Assembly: GCA_964016885.1 (NCBI GenBank)
Contig: OZ024747.1
Span: forward strand, 24,428,001-24,492,000
Length of the DNA stretch: 64,000 nucleotides
Direction: 5' to 3'
Origin: Eledone cirrhosa
Taxonomy: Eukaryota
Below the pieces are notes generated by a model. That model searched no databases. It was given only the letters and a program-made list of their open reading frames with translations, and was not told the DNA's origin. Position 1 is the first letter of the stretch, and every line of letters starts with the position of its first letter. The position numbers were made by a program, and so were the translations under genes. Of this stretch, positions 47,947 to 60,100 are shown piece after piece.

Positions 47947-49914
47947 CTGAAGGCATCTGGTACGGTGGGACACACCATGGTCACCCGGATAGTCAACCAA
48001 GTCGTACAGAATGGGGTTGTTCCGAAGGACTGGCGTAGCAGCATCATCGTTAACTGTTATAAGGGTAAAGGAGATGCCCTAGATAGGAGTAACTATAGAG
48101 GCATTAAATTAATCGACCAGGTCATGAAGGTCACGGAAAAAGTAATAGCGCAACTAATCAGAGAGAGAATTGATCTAGATGAAATGCAGTTCGGGTTTGT
48201 GTCAGGCAAAAGTACCACAGACGCTCTTTTCATTGTACGACAACTACAAGAGAAGTACCTAGCTAAAAGTAAACCCCTATACTTAGCTTTTGTCGACTTG
48301 GAGAAAGCCTTCGACAGAGTCCTCCCGTTCCATTATCTGGTGGGCTCTTAGAAAACTAGGTGTTGACGAATGGCTTGTGAGAGCTATACAAGCCATGTAT
48401 AAAGAAACAGTCAGCAAGGTTAGAATTAACAACGAATATAGTGAAGAGTTTAGCGTAAAAGTTGGCGTCCATCAGGGCTCTGTTCTCAGCCCCCTACTAT
48501 TTATTATTGCCCTTCAGGCTATAACAGAGGAGTTCAAGACCGGTTGCCCATGGGAACTCCTATACGCAGATGACCTAACACTCATAGCTGAATCAATGGC
48601 CGAGCTAGAGAAGAAATTCCAAACATGGAAGCACGGCCTAGAATCAAAAGGCCTTAAAATTAACCTGGCTAAGACTAAAGTTCTAGTTTGTAAGAAAGAA
48701 AATAAGGCGGCGGTCCCTTCCGGGAAGTGGCCATGCTCAGTGTGTAGGAAAGGCGTAGGTAGAAACTCCATTTTGTGTCCCAAATGCAAAGTATGGGTGC
48801 ATAAAAGATGTAGTGGGATCACAGGTAAGCTAACTAAGAACATAGATTTTACATGTGGCCGGTGCTCTGGTGCAATAAGTAGCAGCAAGTGCCCACAAAA
48901 TACTAGCTCTTTAAACTGCGCAGAGGGTTCTATAGAAATAGTGGACAGCTTCCGTTACCTGGGTGACAAAATCAGCAGTGGGGGAGGGTGCTATGAAAGT
49001 ACAGTAGCTAGAGTCAGAACTGGATGGAAAAAGTTCAGAGAGCTTATACCACTATTAGCCGCTAAAGGGTTCTCCCTAAAAATGAAAGGCAGGTTGTACG
49101 ATGCCTGCATACGAACAGCAATGTTGCATGGCAGTGAGACCTGGGCATTGTGTGCAGAGGATATACGCAGACTAGAGAGAAACGAAGCTTGCATGCTCCG
49201 CTGGATGTGTAATAGTAATATACGTGAACGGCAAAGCATAAACAAACTAAGGAAAAAATTAGAAATAAGAGGGATCAGATGTTGTTTACTCGAGAGAAGG
49301 CTACGTTGGTATGGTCACGTGATGCGCATGAAGGACGATAGCTGTATAACAAAGTGCAGGGCAATAAAGATAGACGGTAGCCACGGAATAGGCAGACCCA
49401 GAAAAACCTGGGACGAGCTGATAAATTCCGACCTCACACACTTACACCTCACCAAGACAATGTCACTGGACCGAGACCTTTGGCGGTACTCAGTAATAGA
49501 GAAGACCGGCCTTACCTAAATACAAAGTAAAACCTACTACAGTCAGTAGGCATCTCTAACAAAATACACCCCCGTCCCACCACCCCCACCCCATCCACAC
49601 CACCCCTTTCAATGTAAAGTTATGTTGGTGCCACAACATCCAGGCCGAAACAAATGAGATCGTGTAGGTGTCACGTCAAAAAAACACACAGTTCACGCTG
49701 TAATGTGGCCATGTAGGCAACACGGTAAAAACCTCCCAGCCCCACACTGTAAATGTGGTTGGTGTTAGGAAGGGCAACCAGCTGTAGAAAACCCTGCCAG
49801 ATAGTCCTATGCGAGCAAGATAATCACTCTTGCCTCAAGTGGGAAAACCCCCGTCCAAACCCATGCAAGCGTGGAACACGGACGTTAAACGATGATGATG
49901 ATGATGATGATGAT
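47947..49914 (+). mobile_element. 5'-truncated RTE LINE (family B)
   Basis: ORFs 47947-48351 and 48290-49519 (one frameshift) with RT motifs and PHD-type finger; 3' UTR plus (GAT)n. Confidence 0.93.
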
Positions 49915-49990
49915 ATATAGACATATGTATATATATATATACACACATATGTATATACATACATATATATGCATACATACATATATATAG

Positions 49991-50175
49991 GTTGTCATAC
50001 TTGGGGAGGGTCATATTGTTGTAATAATATTGTATTGCCAGAAATAATAACAGAACACACTCACTGTTTGGTTGGTTTTCGCTTCTGTGTTTTTTATATC
50101 TCCATAGTTAATTTATTTGGCAATCAATGTTTATCATTAACTGACCAATGGTTAAAAATACAGATATAAATATAT
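49991..50175 (-). mobile_element. Family E pLTR fragment
   Basis: Homologous to 41401-41590. Confidence 0.7.
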
Positions 50176-50178
50176 GTT

Positions 50179-50222
<44 letters not shown>

Positions 50223-50259
50223 TTAGAGCAAACATCACGGGCGCTCTATCTCAAAATTA

Positions 50260-50295
50260 TTTTTGAAAAGCATTAGAAATGCGCAACCGGTAAAA
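50260..50295 (+). ncRNA. Diverged U3-A8 hammerhead (family F)
   Basis: TTT TTGAAAA GCATT AGA AATGC GCAA CCGG TA AAA; covarying stem II, A13C defect. Confidence 0.52.
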
Positions 50296-50582
50296 CTTAA
50301 AACCAAAACTGAATACTAACCAATACTAATTTTCACTTATTCCTAATTAAACTATTTTTCACTGTGAACAATTTGTCAGCATTTTCTTTTCCGTTTACCA
50401 ATATATATATATATATATACATTTATATAGACATATGTATATATATATATACACATATGTATATACATACATATATATGCATACACACATACATACACAC
50501 ATACATACATACATATATATGCATACATACATACATACATATATATATATATATATGCATACATATACATACACACAGACAT

Positions 50583-50626
<44 letters not shown>

Positions 50627-50628
<2 letters not shown>

Positions 50629-50822
50629 CGGAGGAAATGTGGTAAGGAACCAGGTGGACCATAACGCACCAAAGTACTCAATACTTAGGGTAGTAGAGTG
50701 GGTAATAGGAACGAGTAGGACCCCGACGGCTGAGCTCAAGCCGTTTCTATGGCTAATTCTGGACGGAATTAGCCATCGAAACGGCTTGAGCTCAGCCGTC
50801 GGGGTCCTACTCGTTCCTATTA
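50627..50822. repeat. Short element ending in a ~57-bp-arm fold-back with hammerhead 3' half
   Basis: Arms 50703-50759 / 50766-50822; GAAA CGGC TTGAGCTCA GCCG TC; second copy at 52757-52937. Confidence 0.7.
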
Positions 50823-51287
50823 TATATATATATATATATATATATTACAGCTAGTAGTTAGTAAAATCCAGGTATATACAAGTAAACATCCAATAATATA
50901 TATATACATGTATGGTTAAACATAAGCATTGGTATAAACTGGAGTTTACTTTTGTGCTCAATGTAGACCGTAAATTGTTTGGTACAAGGATGTGACAGTA
51001 CATGGTATCCCCACAAAAAAGTTTAATATCCTATTTATACCTTCATCAATTAGATCTCAGTGGTTCTCTGCAATCCTTTTATAGAGCTTATTATGAGCAA
51101 GGACAATGGAAATTTGAAATTATATTTATTGTATAATCTTCACAATTGTTTCCATGCTTAGTCTGGTGGGAAGTGTAGAAGCAATTGTGGCAATTGTCAA
51201 GATTATAGAATAAACATAATTTCAAACATCCATTGTCCTTCTGTGTGTGTGATTGTCTGTGTGTGTGTGTGTATATATTTATATACA

Positions 51288-52590
51288 CAGGGTGGGGCAT
51301 AATTCCTGTTACAAAGTTTTAAATCAATTTTAAAAATACATTATGTTGCTAATATAACTAATATATTTGTATCAAATCCATGCACTATAACCATATTAAC
51401 TATTTTTCAGAACATTACGCCATTAACAATTTGCAATGTCCATAGAATTGAAAAGAAAGTTGATAATAGAGAAGCATGAAAAAGACCTGACTCCACCTGA
51501 GATATTTAAACTGGGGAAAACTCGTAAGATCAATAGAATGTTGATCAAAAGGACAATCGATCGATTTAAAGAAACTTCATTGACCAAAGACAGACCTCGA
51601 TCCGGACGCCCTCGCACCTTAAGAACACCAAAACTCGTTAAAAGTGTGAGGGAAAAAGTAAGGTGTAATCCAAGAAGGTCCATGAGAAAAATGGCAGAAG
51701 AAGCAGGAACATCGCCGAGAACTATGCGGAGGATATGTCGAGATGATCTGGGGATGTCACCCTATAAGTTCCAAAAGAGGCAGCTTCTTTCTGCAGCCAC
51801 AATTGAAAAGAGGCTCTCCAGAAGTAAACTGTTATTGAACCATATCAAGGATGGCATGCTGCAAAACATCCTCTTTACAGATGAGAAGTTATTCTCTGCA
51901 CCAGTCTCACCACCATCATCAAAATGATGGAGCACTTGCAAAAAGTCTCAAATCAATTCCTTCAAGTGTAGGAAAAGTGTTCAGAACACAGAAACCAGCA
52001 TCAGTGATGGTTTGGGCAGCCTTTTCTGAAAGATAGAAGTCTCCTTTGATTTTTGTGCCTCAAGGAGTTAAAATTAACAAAGAACTTTACATAAAGGATA
52101 TTTTAGAAGGAGCAATGATGTCATGGTGCACATCTGTTTATGGCGATGACATTTGTACTCTCCAACAAGATGGAGCGACGAGCCACACTGCTCATGTAAC
52201 ACAACAGTGGTGTAGAGACCATTGTCCTGCATGGATCAGTAAGGAAGAGTGGCCTCCCACATCACCAGATCTCAACCCTCTCGATTTTTTTTTATGGTCA
52301 ATTCTTGAGAGTGAAGCCTGCTCTCTACTCCTAGCCAAAATATTGAAACTCTAAAATCAAAACTGAATAAAGTATGGGAGAAAATACCCATGGAAACTGT
52401 TTGTGCAGCCATCGAAGACTTTCCTAGAAGACTTCGAGAGGTAGTGAGAGCTAGAGGAAAGCATTTCGAACAAATTTTTGTGCAGTTGTTTAATAGTATA
52501 TTACTTACTATGTGTTGAAGTCAGCTCTTGAAATAAATGTTTTTTTCAAGAACTATTTGCATTTTGTTTTGTAACAGTTTTTATGCCTAT
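51288..52590 (+). mobile_element. Tc1/mariner DD37D (maT-type) element, transposase pseudogene 51436-52500
   Basis: DRPRSGRPRT, ILFTDEKLF, VMVWAA, LQQDGATSH...WPPTSPDLNPLD (37 aa spacing); degenerate TIRs GGCATAA..CTGTTACAAA. Confidence 0.9.
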
Positions 52591-52681
52591 ATATATATAT
52601 ACATGAATAACAATGTAACAGAAATATATATAATGCAATAAATAATTATGGTAATTTAATCCTGTCTTAACTACCATTATT

Positions 52682-52760
<79 letters not shown>

Positions 52761-53159
52761 TAGATAGGGTATGGTAAAAACCAGCTAGACCATAACCCAC
52801 CAGAGTACTCGATACTTAGAGTAGTAGAGTGGTTAATATGGAAAGATTCAGGACCCCGACGGCTGAGCTCAGGCCATTTTGATAGAACTAAAGTTCTGAT
52901 CTAGCTAGCCGTCGAAATGGCCTGAGAATCTTTTCATATATATATATCTGTATATATATATATATATTTTATGTTTTTTTTACTACGGGCTACCTTTTAT
53001 TTCCTTTATCTATCCTTTGTGATCCTGTCTCTATTTTTGTAAAGAAGGGGTAAAGCCTGACATGTCGAACTTTCTTTCCCCTTTTTCATATAAAGCATGA
53101 AACTAATAAGACTTTTTGTACCTCTGTTTTGTCATTTCCTTGAACTATATTTTTTAGAT

Positions 53160-53398
53160 TATCATCTTACGTCTGCTTTTCCCTGCTTGCAAGGGTGGGA
53201 CGGGAACTGATTCTGGCTTGATTTCTACAGCTGGATGCCCTTCCTAACACCAACCTCATTTACAGTGAGTGCTGGGTGCTTTTTTTCCATGGCACCTACA
53301 CGACCACTTTACAGTGGAATAATAGGGACTGCGGTCCCTATCATCTCATTTCTACAGCTGAGTAAACTGGAGCAATGTGAAATAAAGTGTCTTGCTCA
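53160..53398 (-). mobile_element. 5'-truncated SINE type 1
   Basis: Matches 4957-5210. Confidence 0.85.
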
Positions 53399-53457
53399 AT
53401 ATATATACATATATATCTGTTTGTGTGTGTGTGAGAGAAAAAGTGTGTGTGTGTCGA

Positions 53458-53625
53458 TAGAGGCACAAATGGCTAAGTTTGCTTGACAACCACATGTATT
53501 TAGGTTCTGTTCCCCACCCCATACATGAGGCCTTGGGAAACTGTCTTCTACTATGACCTCAGGTTGCCCAGTGCTTTGTGAGTGAAATTTGGTAAATTGA
53601 AATTGTGCAGAAGCCCATCATATAA
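53458..53625 (+). mobile_element. Old CORE-like SINE (type 3); related minus copy at 47400-47540
   Basis: GAGGCACAAATGGC...CCTTGGGAAACTGTCTTCTACTAT...TTGTGAGTGAAATTTGGTA..GAAATTGTGCAGAAGCCC. Confidence 0.6.
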
Positions 53626-53699
53626 TACACAGCCACATACATACACATATACAGAGCTGACAACTGAGTACTTAGCATTCTGGGCTATCTCTACAATGT

Positions 53700-54045
53700 G
53701 GCTGCCTAGTTTGCCTTAATGTTAGCGCTAGTCCTACATGCATACATATGTTTGAGCATTGCCATTGCCTAATAAAATGCTCAAAAATATGAGGCACGAA
53801 TGTGGCTCTTTAAACCAGCCAAAGACTTGCACCCTCTGGAACACACATGGCAACTGACTGTGTGTTCTCATATGTCTTTTAAGACCTCTCCTGCTTGCAC
53901 ATTCCTTGCCACATTCCTTAGACCTTTTCAGATCATAATCTACACGAGGTCTACTGATATGACTTTGTCCGTATCTAATCAAACCAGGCTTTGCTCAGGC
54001 AGACTCGACCACAGTGCTGGCAAACCAGATGTTGCTCAACATACA
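53700..54045 (-). mobile_element. Degenerate RTE/BovB-like 3' end with C2H2 finger remnant
   Basis: ECGKECASRRGLKRHMRTH in ORF 53734-53982. Confidence 0.45.
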
Positions 54046-54589
54046 TACATACATACGCCTCCCCCCTCTCCCAAACACACACACAAAGGCAACAATTATG
54101 CCTAAATTAGAAGCCATTATTTGACAGAATTGGTAGTGTCGGACAAAATGCTTGTGGCATTTGTTCTGGTTTTTATGTTTTGTTTTCAAATCCCACAGAA
54201 GTTAGCTTTGTTTTTCATCCTTCTAAGATTGATAAACTAAAGTACCAGTTTAGTATAGGGTTTGATTTAGAGAACTTTCCCCATGCCCTCAAATTACTGG
54301 CCTTGAGCCTAGAAATTATTATTATTACTATTGTTATAGTTGTTGTTGTTATGGTGGTGGTGGTGTTGTTTGTTGTTAATGTTATTGGGAGGGGTGGCAT
54401 TGTGATTGTTGTTGTGGTGGTGGTGGTGGAGGTTGTTTTTGATGTAACTGTGGTGGTGGTGGCTGTTGATGTAACTATGGTGGTAGTTACTGTCGTTGCT
54501 TGTAGTGATGTTGGTGTTGTTATAGTTATTCTTATAGTTGTGTTGTTGTTGAGGTGGTGGGGACATGTTGGTGGTTGTTGTTGTTTTAG

Positions 54590-54730
54590 TTGACCCAATC
54601 CACCATGTTTTGATGCTGTTGTCAGGAGCAACAAAACCATATGGGGAAAGGGCAGAAGGCGTTTTAGAAGGATTAACCAGCAAACAGCTTCCCATAGCAA
54701 CAACTATCAATCACCAGCCACCCACTCCAT
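54590..54730 (+). CDS. Candidate host-gene exon (141 nt, phase 1-1)
   Basis: TGTTTTAG|TT GAC CCA...CCA T|GTATGT; open: DPIHHVLMLLSGATKPYGERAEGVLEGLTSKQLPIATTINHQPPTP; unique non-repetitive sequence. Confidence 0.42.
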
Positions 54731-54847
54731 GTATGTAGTACAGACAAGATAGATTGGCAAACAACAGAGATACCCATCCTCCCCCACCTTCCATATATTC
54801 CATATATTTACATATATACACATTACATATGTTAGCACCTCCCACAG

Positions 54848-54890
54848 ATCATTCTAGTTCAATTTCTGTAGTGCGTTTTATGAAAGATGG
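54848..54890 (+). CDS. Candidate host-gene exon (43 nt, phase 1-2)
   Basis: CACCTCCCACAG|AT CAT...GAT GG|GTGAGT; in frame with previous exon gives YHSSSISVVRFMKDG. Confidence 0.42.
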
Positions 54891-56536
54891 GTGAGTGCAG
54901 TGAGATTGGTGAGGTTGAATGGACCCATTTTTACTATGCTTTTCTAAACAGGAGCAAAGAAACTGAGAAGCGCATGTCCTTGACACAACAAAGTAATTTG
55001 AGATTTTATGTGGAACTTTTCCTGGATCTTATTGAGAACTGTTCCTACTTGACATTCTTATTGTTTTCTATTGTTATCATTACTATTTATTACAGTTATC
55101 GTTATTGTTATATCTACTGCTCCCTCCCCTGTTGTTGGTCGCCCTTACTTTACTCAATGTAAACCCTATTCTGTGTTGTTTTTCATCCTTGTATTCTTCC
55201 CTAATGTCTTGGGTCCATGAGGTTAATAAAAAGAAATCAACTGGGGTAGATTTAATCAATTTTTCCCTCCCCACAAATCGTTGGCCTTTTGCCTACATCA
55301 GAAACCCCAGTTTGTTTCTGACTAGACTGGAGTGCATGCTCATTTGCTTTTTGTGGAAGAGTGACATTCTACTGGACAGGCAAACCTTTTACTGTCAATA
55401 CTTGTATGGAGGACTAGGTATGCCATGACTGATGATGCACAGCCAAACACTGAGACTTTGACATCTCCAGCATTTCCTTGGTGGTGAACAGCTGTATTCA
55501 TTGTTTGTCAGATGCTTCTTTCCCCAGCTTCTTGCTTTGATAGAGCTGCAGTGATGGGTCAAGCAAAGAAAGTAGGGATGCTTGGCAACTGGAATGTCAT
55601 CAAGTACTCACATCCTTTTAGCCTTCTGGTAATATGGTAGGTAGAAACTCCACTTTAGCCTTCTATAGAGGATTAACGGTAGGTAAAAGCAACAACGTTT
55701 TTCAGGGGCTTCTAGGCAGGCATTGACAAAAACCAACTGGCTAGTCTTTACTGGAAAGCTTTTGGTTCAGGGCTTATGGATAATTTTAAGAAACCCCTGG
55801 TCAGGCAGTGCTACCAAGGAGCATTGCTAGTTCTGGATACACTCTATAGGCATGGAAGTGCCATCAGCTGAGCCTGTCCAAGATGTATGCAGGGTAATGA
55901 AACTGTCATATATATACTTGTCCAGTGTTCAAGCATTGCTGATTATTAGAGTTATGTCACACAGTTGCTTTCACATGTCAGTTGGATCTGGCTATCACCT
56001 GAATCCATGGTGAAGATTTCCTTGCCACCTTTCCTTTGCTCAGGAAGGCCAGGCAACAATTTTAAAGTCTGGTGGTCATGACACAAGAGTTTGTATGGTT
56101 GGCAAGATTAAAAAGGCTGAAGATAGGCACAATTCTCTTTGGTTAAGCCCTTGTAGACTTTTTCATACTTGAAAAGGAAATTGAGCATCAAGAAGGAAGT
56201 GCTGCCATTTATCAAATGAGTTGAAAGGTGGATGAGAATGGTGAGCTCAATCCAAGTGATCAGACTTCTCTGAGTATGCACCTGTAAACTAGAAGATAAC
56301 AACTAAGATCAAGCACTTGCCTTAGTGGTCAAGGTAACCATGTCTTTTTGTGGGTTTTTCAATGAGTAGCCATCAGAAGTATCTATTGAGGAATTTTTTT
56401 CTTTGTGACATTTCATTGTTACCTATTTTGGTTTTATTTTTGTTATTTTCTAGTTTTACATTTTTTATGTCAACCCACACTATATCATTCTGTGCCAGTT
56501 GTTTTTATATAAGCCTTGTAGTTGAGAAAAAAGAAA

Positions 56537-56571
<35 letters not shown>

Positions 56572-56916
56572 TCTTCATCGTATTTGTTAAGAGAATCAAT
56601 ACAAGACGTGATAGATTCTGAATAGTTTCCCTACTGAGTTTGATATGTGTTGTTAAGTAGGAGAGATTCACTTCACTCCTCCATTCACATTTGTTCTTTC
56701 ATATATATGTATATATAGATATGTGTATATGTGTGTGTGTATAAGGGTGGGTATGTATGTGTGGATGTATTACTGTGTGAAAGCCAAAATCTAAGAAGAT
56801 TTGTAAAATTTCAGGTAAGAAGAATTGTGTGGAAAATATCTCTGCATTCTTCCCCATCCCTATCCCCCTCCTCCCTGTGTACTGGATTTCACTTGGATGC
56901 TGCTACAACATTACTT

Positions 56917-57128
56917 AACAACAACAGCAACAACCAGCACTATCAAAACAACAACCACAACAGCAACGACCATCACCAAGACAACAACAACCACAACATC
57001 AATATCAACGTCAACAACAACAGAAGCAGCAGCAACATCAACAGCAGTTGCAACAACAACAATAGTAGTACACCCTACAACAACAACTACTGCTACAACA
57101 TCACACAATAACAACCACAACAACAAAA
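56917..57128 (+). repeat. Degenerate (ACA)n trinucleotide repeat; a similar (GTT/GTG)n tract lies at 54320-54585
   Basis: Direct inspection. Confidence 0.85.
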
Positions 57129-57173
57129 GATGGACAGTGAGCTTAGTCACAGAAATAACTGAAGAACACAGAA

Positions 57174-60100
57174 TGGAATTAGTGGAATTGACAGAACTGG
57201 TGGAATTAGGGGAATTGGTAGAACTGGTGGAATTAGGGGAATTGGTAGAACTGGTGGAATTAGGGGAATTGGTAGAACTGGTAGAATTAGGGGAATTGGT
57301 AGAACTGGTGGAATTAGGGGAATTGACAGAACTGGTGGAATTGGTAGAACTGGTGGAATTAGGGGAATTAGTAGAACTGGTGGAATTAGGGTAATTGGTA
57401 GAACTGGTAGAATTAGTGGAATTGGTAGAACTGGTGGAATTAGGGGAATTAGTAGAACTGGTGGAATTAGGGGAATTAGTAGAACTGGTAGAATTAGGGG
57501 AATTGGTAGAACTGGTGGAATTAGTGGAATTGACAGAACTGGTGGAATTGGTAGAACTGGTGGAATTAGGGGAATTAGTAGAACTGGTGGAATTAGGGGA
57601 ATTGGTAGAACTGGTAGAATTAGTGGAATTGGTAGAACTGGTGGAATTAGTGGAATTGACAGAACTGGTGGAATTGGTAGAACTGGTGGAATTAGGGGAA
57701 TTGGTAGAACTGGTGGAATTAGTGGAATTGACAGAACTGGTGGAATTGGTAGAACTGGTGGAATTAGGGGAATTAGTAGAACTGGTGGAATTAGGGGAAT
57801 TGGTAGAACTGGTAGAATTAGTGGAATTGGTAGAACTGGTGGAATTAGGGGAATTAGTAGAACTGGTGGAATTAGGGGAATTAGTAGAACTGGTAGAATT
57901 AGGGGAATTCGTAGAACTGGTGGAATTAGTGGAATTGACAGAACTGGTGGAATTGGTAGAACTGGTGGAATTAGGGGAATTAGTAGAACTGGTGGAATTA
58001 GTGGAATTGACAGAACTGGTGGAATTGGTAGAACTGGTAGAATTAGGGGAATTGGTAGAACTGGTGGAATTAGTGGAATTGACAGAACTGGTGGAATTGG
58101 TAGAACTGGTAGAATTAGGGGAATTGGTAGAACTGGTGGAATTAGTGGAATTGACAGAACTGGTGGAATTAGTAGAACTGGTGGAATTAGGGGAATTGGT
58201 AGAACTGGTAGAATTAGTGGAATTGGTAGAACTGGTGGAATTAGGGGAATTAGTAGAACTGGTGGAATTAGGGGAATTAGTAGAACTGGTAGAATTAGGG
58301 GAATTGGTAGAACTGGTGGAATTAGTGGAATTGACAGAACTGGTGGAATTGGTAGAACTGGTGGAATTAGGGGAATTAGTAGAACTGGTGGAATTAGGGG
58401 AATTGGTAGAACTGGTAGAATTAGTGGAATTGGTAGAACTGGTGGAATTAGGGGAATTAGTAGAACTGGTGGAATTAGGGGAATTGGTAGAACTGGTGGA
58501 ATTGGTAGAACTGGTGGAATTAGGGGAATTAGTAGAACTGGTGGAATTAGGGGAATTAGTAGAACTGGTGGAATTAGGGGAATTAGTAGAACTGGTGGAA
58601 TTAGGGGAATTAGTAGAACTGGTGGAATTAGGGGAATTGGTAGAACTGGTGGAATTAGTGGAATTGGTAGAACTGGTGGAATTAGTGGAATTGGTAGAAC
58701 TGGTGGAATTAGTGGAATTGGTAGAACTGGTGGAATTGGTAGAACTGGTGGAATTAGGGGAATTAGTAGAACTGGTGGAATTAGGGGAATTAGTAGAACT
58801 GGTGGAATTAGGGGAATTGGTAGAACTGGTGGAATTAGTGGAATTGGTAGAACTGGTGGAATTGGTAGAACTGGTGGAATTAGTGGAATTGGTAGAACTG
58901 GTGGAATTAGTGGAATTAGTAGAACTGGTAGAATTAGGGGAATTGGTAGAACTGGTGGAATTGGTAGAACTGGTGGAATTAGTGGAATTGGTAGAACTGG
59001 TGGAATTAGTGGAATTAGTAGAACTGGTGGAATTAGTGGAATTGGTAGAACTGGTGGAATTGGTAGAACTGGTGGAATTAGTGGAATTGGTAGAACTGGT
59101 GGAATTAGTGGAATTGGTAGAACTGGTGGAATTGGTAGAACTGGTGGAATTAATGGAATTAGTAGAACTGGTGGAATTAGTGGAATTGGTAGAACTGGTG
59201 GAATTAGTGGAATTAGTAGAACTGGTGGAATTAGTGGAATTGGTAGAACTGGTGGAATTGCTAGAACTGGTGGAATTAGTGGAATTGGTAGAACTGGTGG
59301 AATTAGTGGAATTAGTAGAACTTGTGGAATTAGTGGAATTGGTAGAACTGGTGGAATTGGTAGAACTGGTGGAATTAGTGGAATTGGTAGAACTGGTGGA
59401 ATTAGTGGAATTAGTAGAACTGGTGGAATTAGTGGAATTGGTAGAACTGGTGGAATTGGTAGAACTGGTGGAATTAGTGGAATTGGTAGAACTAGTGGAA
59501 TTAGTGGAATTGGTAGAACTGGTGGAATTAGTGGAATTGGTAGAACTGGTGGAATTAGGGGAATTAGTAGAACTGGTAGAATTAGGGAATTGGTAGAACT
59601 GGTGGAATTAGTGGAATTGGTAGAACTGGTGGAATTAGTGGAATTGGTAGAACTGGTGGAATTGGTAGAACTGGTGGAATTGGTAGAACTGGTGGAATTA
59701 GTGGAATTGGTAGAACTGGTGGCATTAGTGGAATTGGTAGAACTGGTGGCATTAGGGGAATTGGTAGAACTGGTGGCATTAGGGGAATTGGTAGAACTGG
59801 GTGGAATTAGGGGAATTAGTAGAACTGGTGGAATTGGTGGAATTAGTAGAACTGGTGGAATTAGTGGAATTAGTAGAACTGGTGGAATTAGTGGAATTAG
59901 TAGAACTGGTGGAATTAGGGGAATTGGTAGAACTGGTGGAATTAGCGGAATTAGTAGAACTGGTAGAATTAGGGGAATTGGTAGAACTGGTGGAATTAGA
60001 GGAATTAGTAGAACTGGTAGAATTAGGGGAATTGGTAGAACTGGTGGAATTATGGGAATTAGTAGAACTGGTACAATTAGGGGAATTAATAGAACTGGTA

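Noticed and set aside
54180-54703. Val-rich / Thr-rich mucin-like ORFs (also 56825-57150)
   Set aside because: Degenerate trinucleotide repeats overlapping a SINE remnant
55290-56340. Very old RTE endonuclease remnant (SET..TFYWTGKP, GNWNV)
   Set aside because: Motifs fragmentary and out of order; cannot be supported by eye
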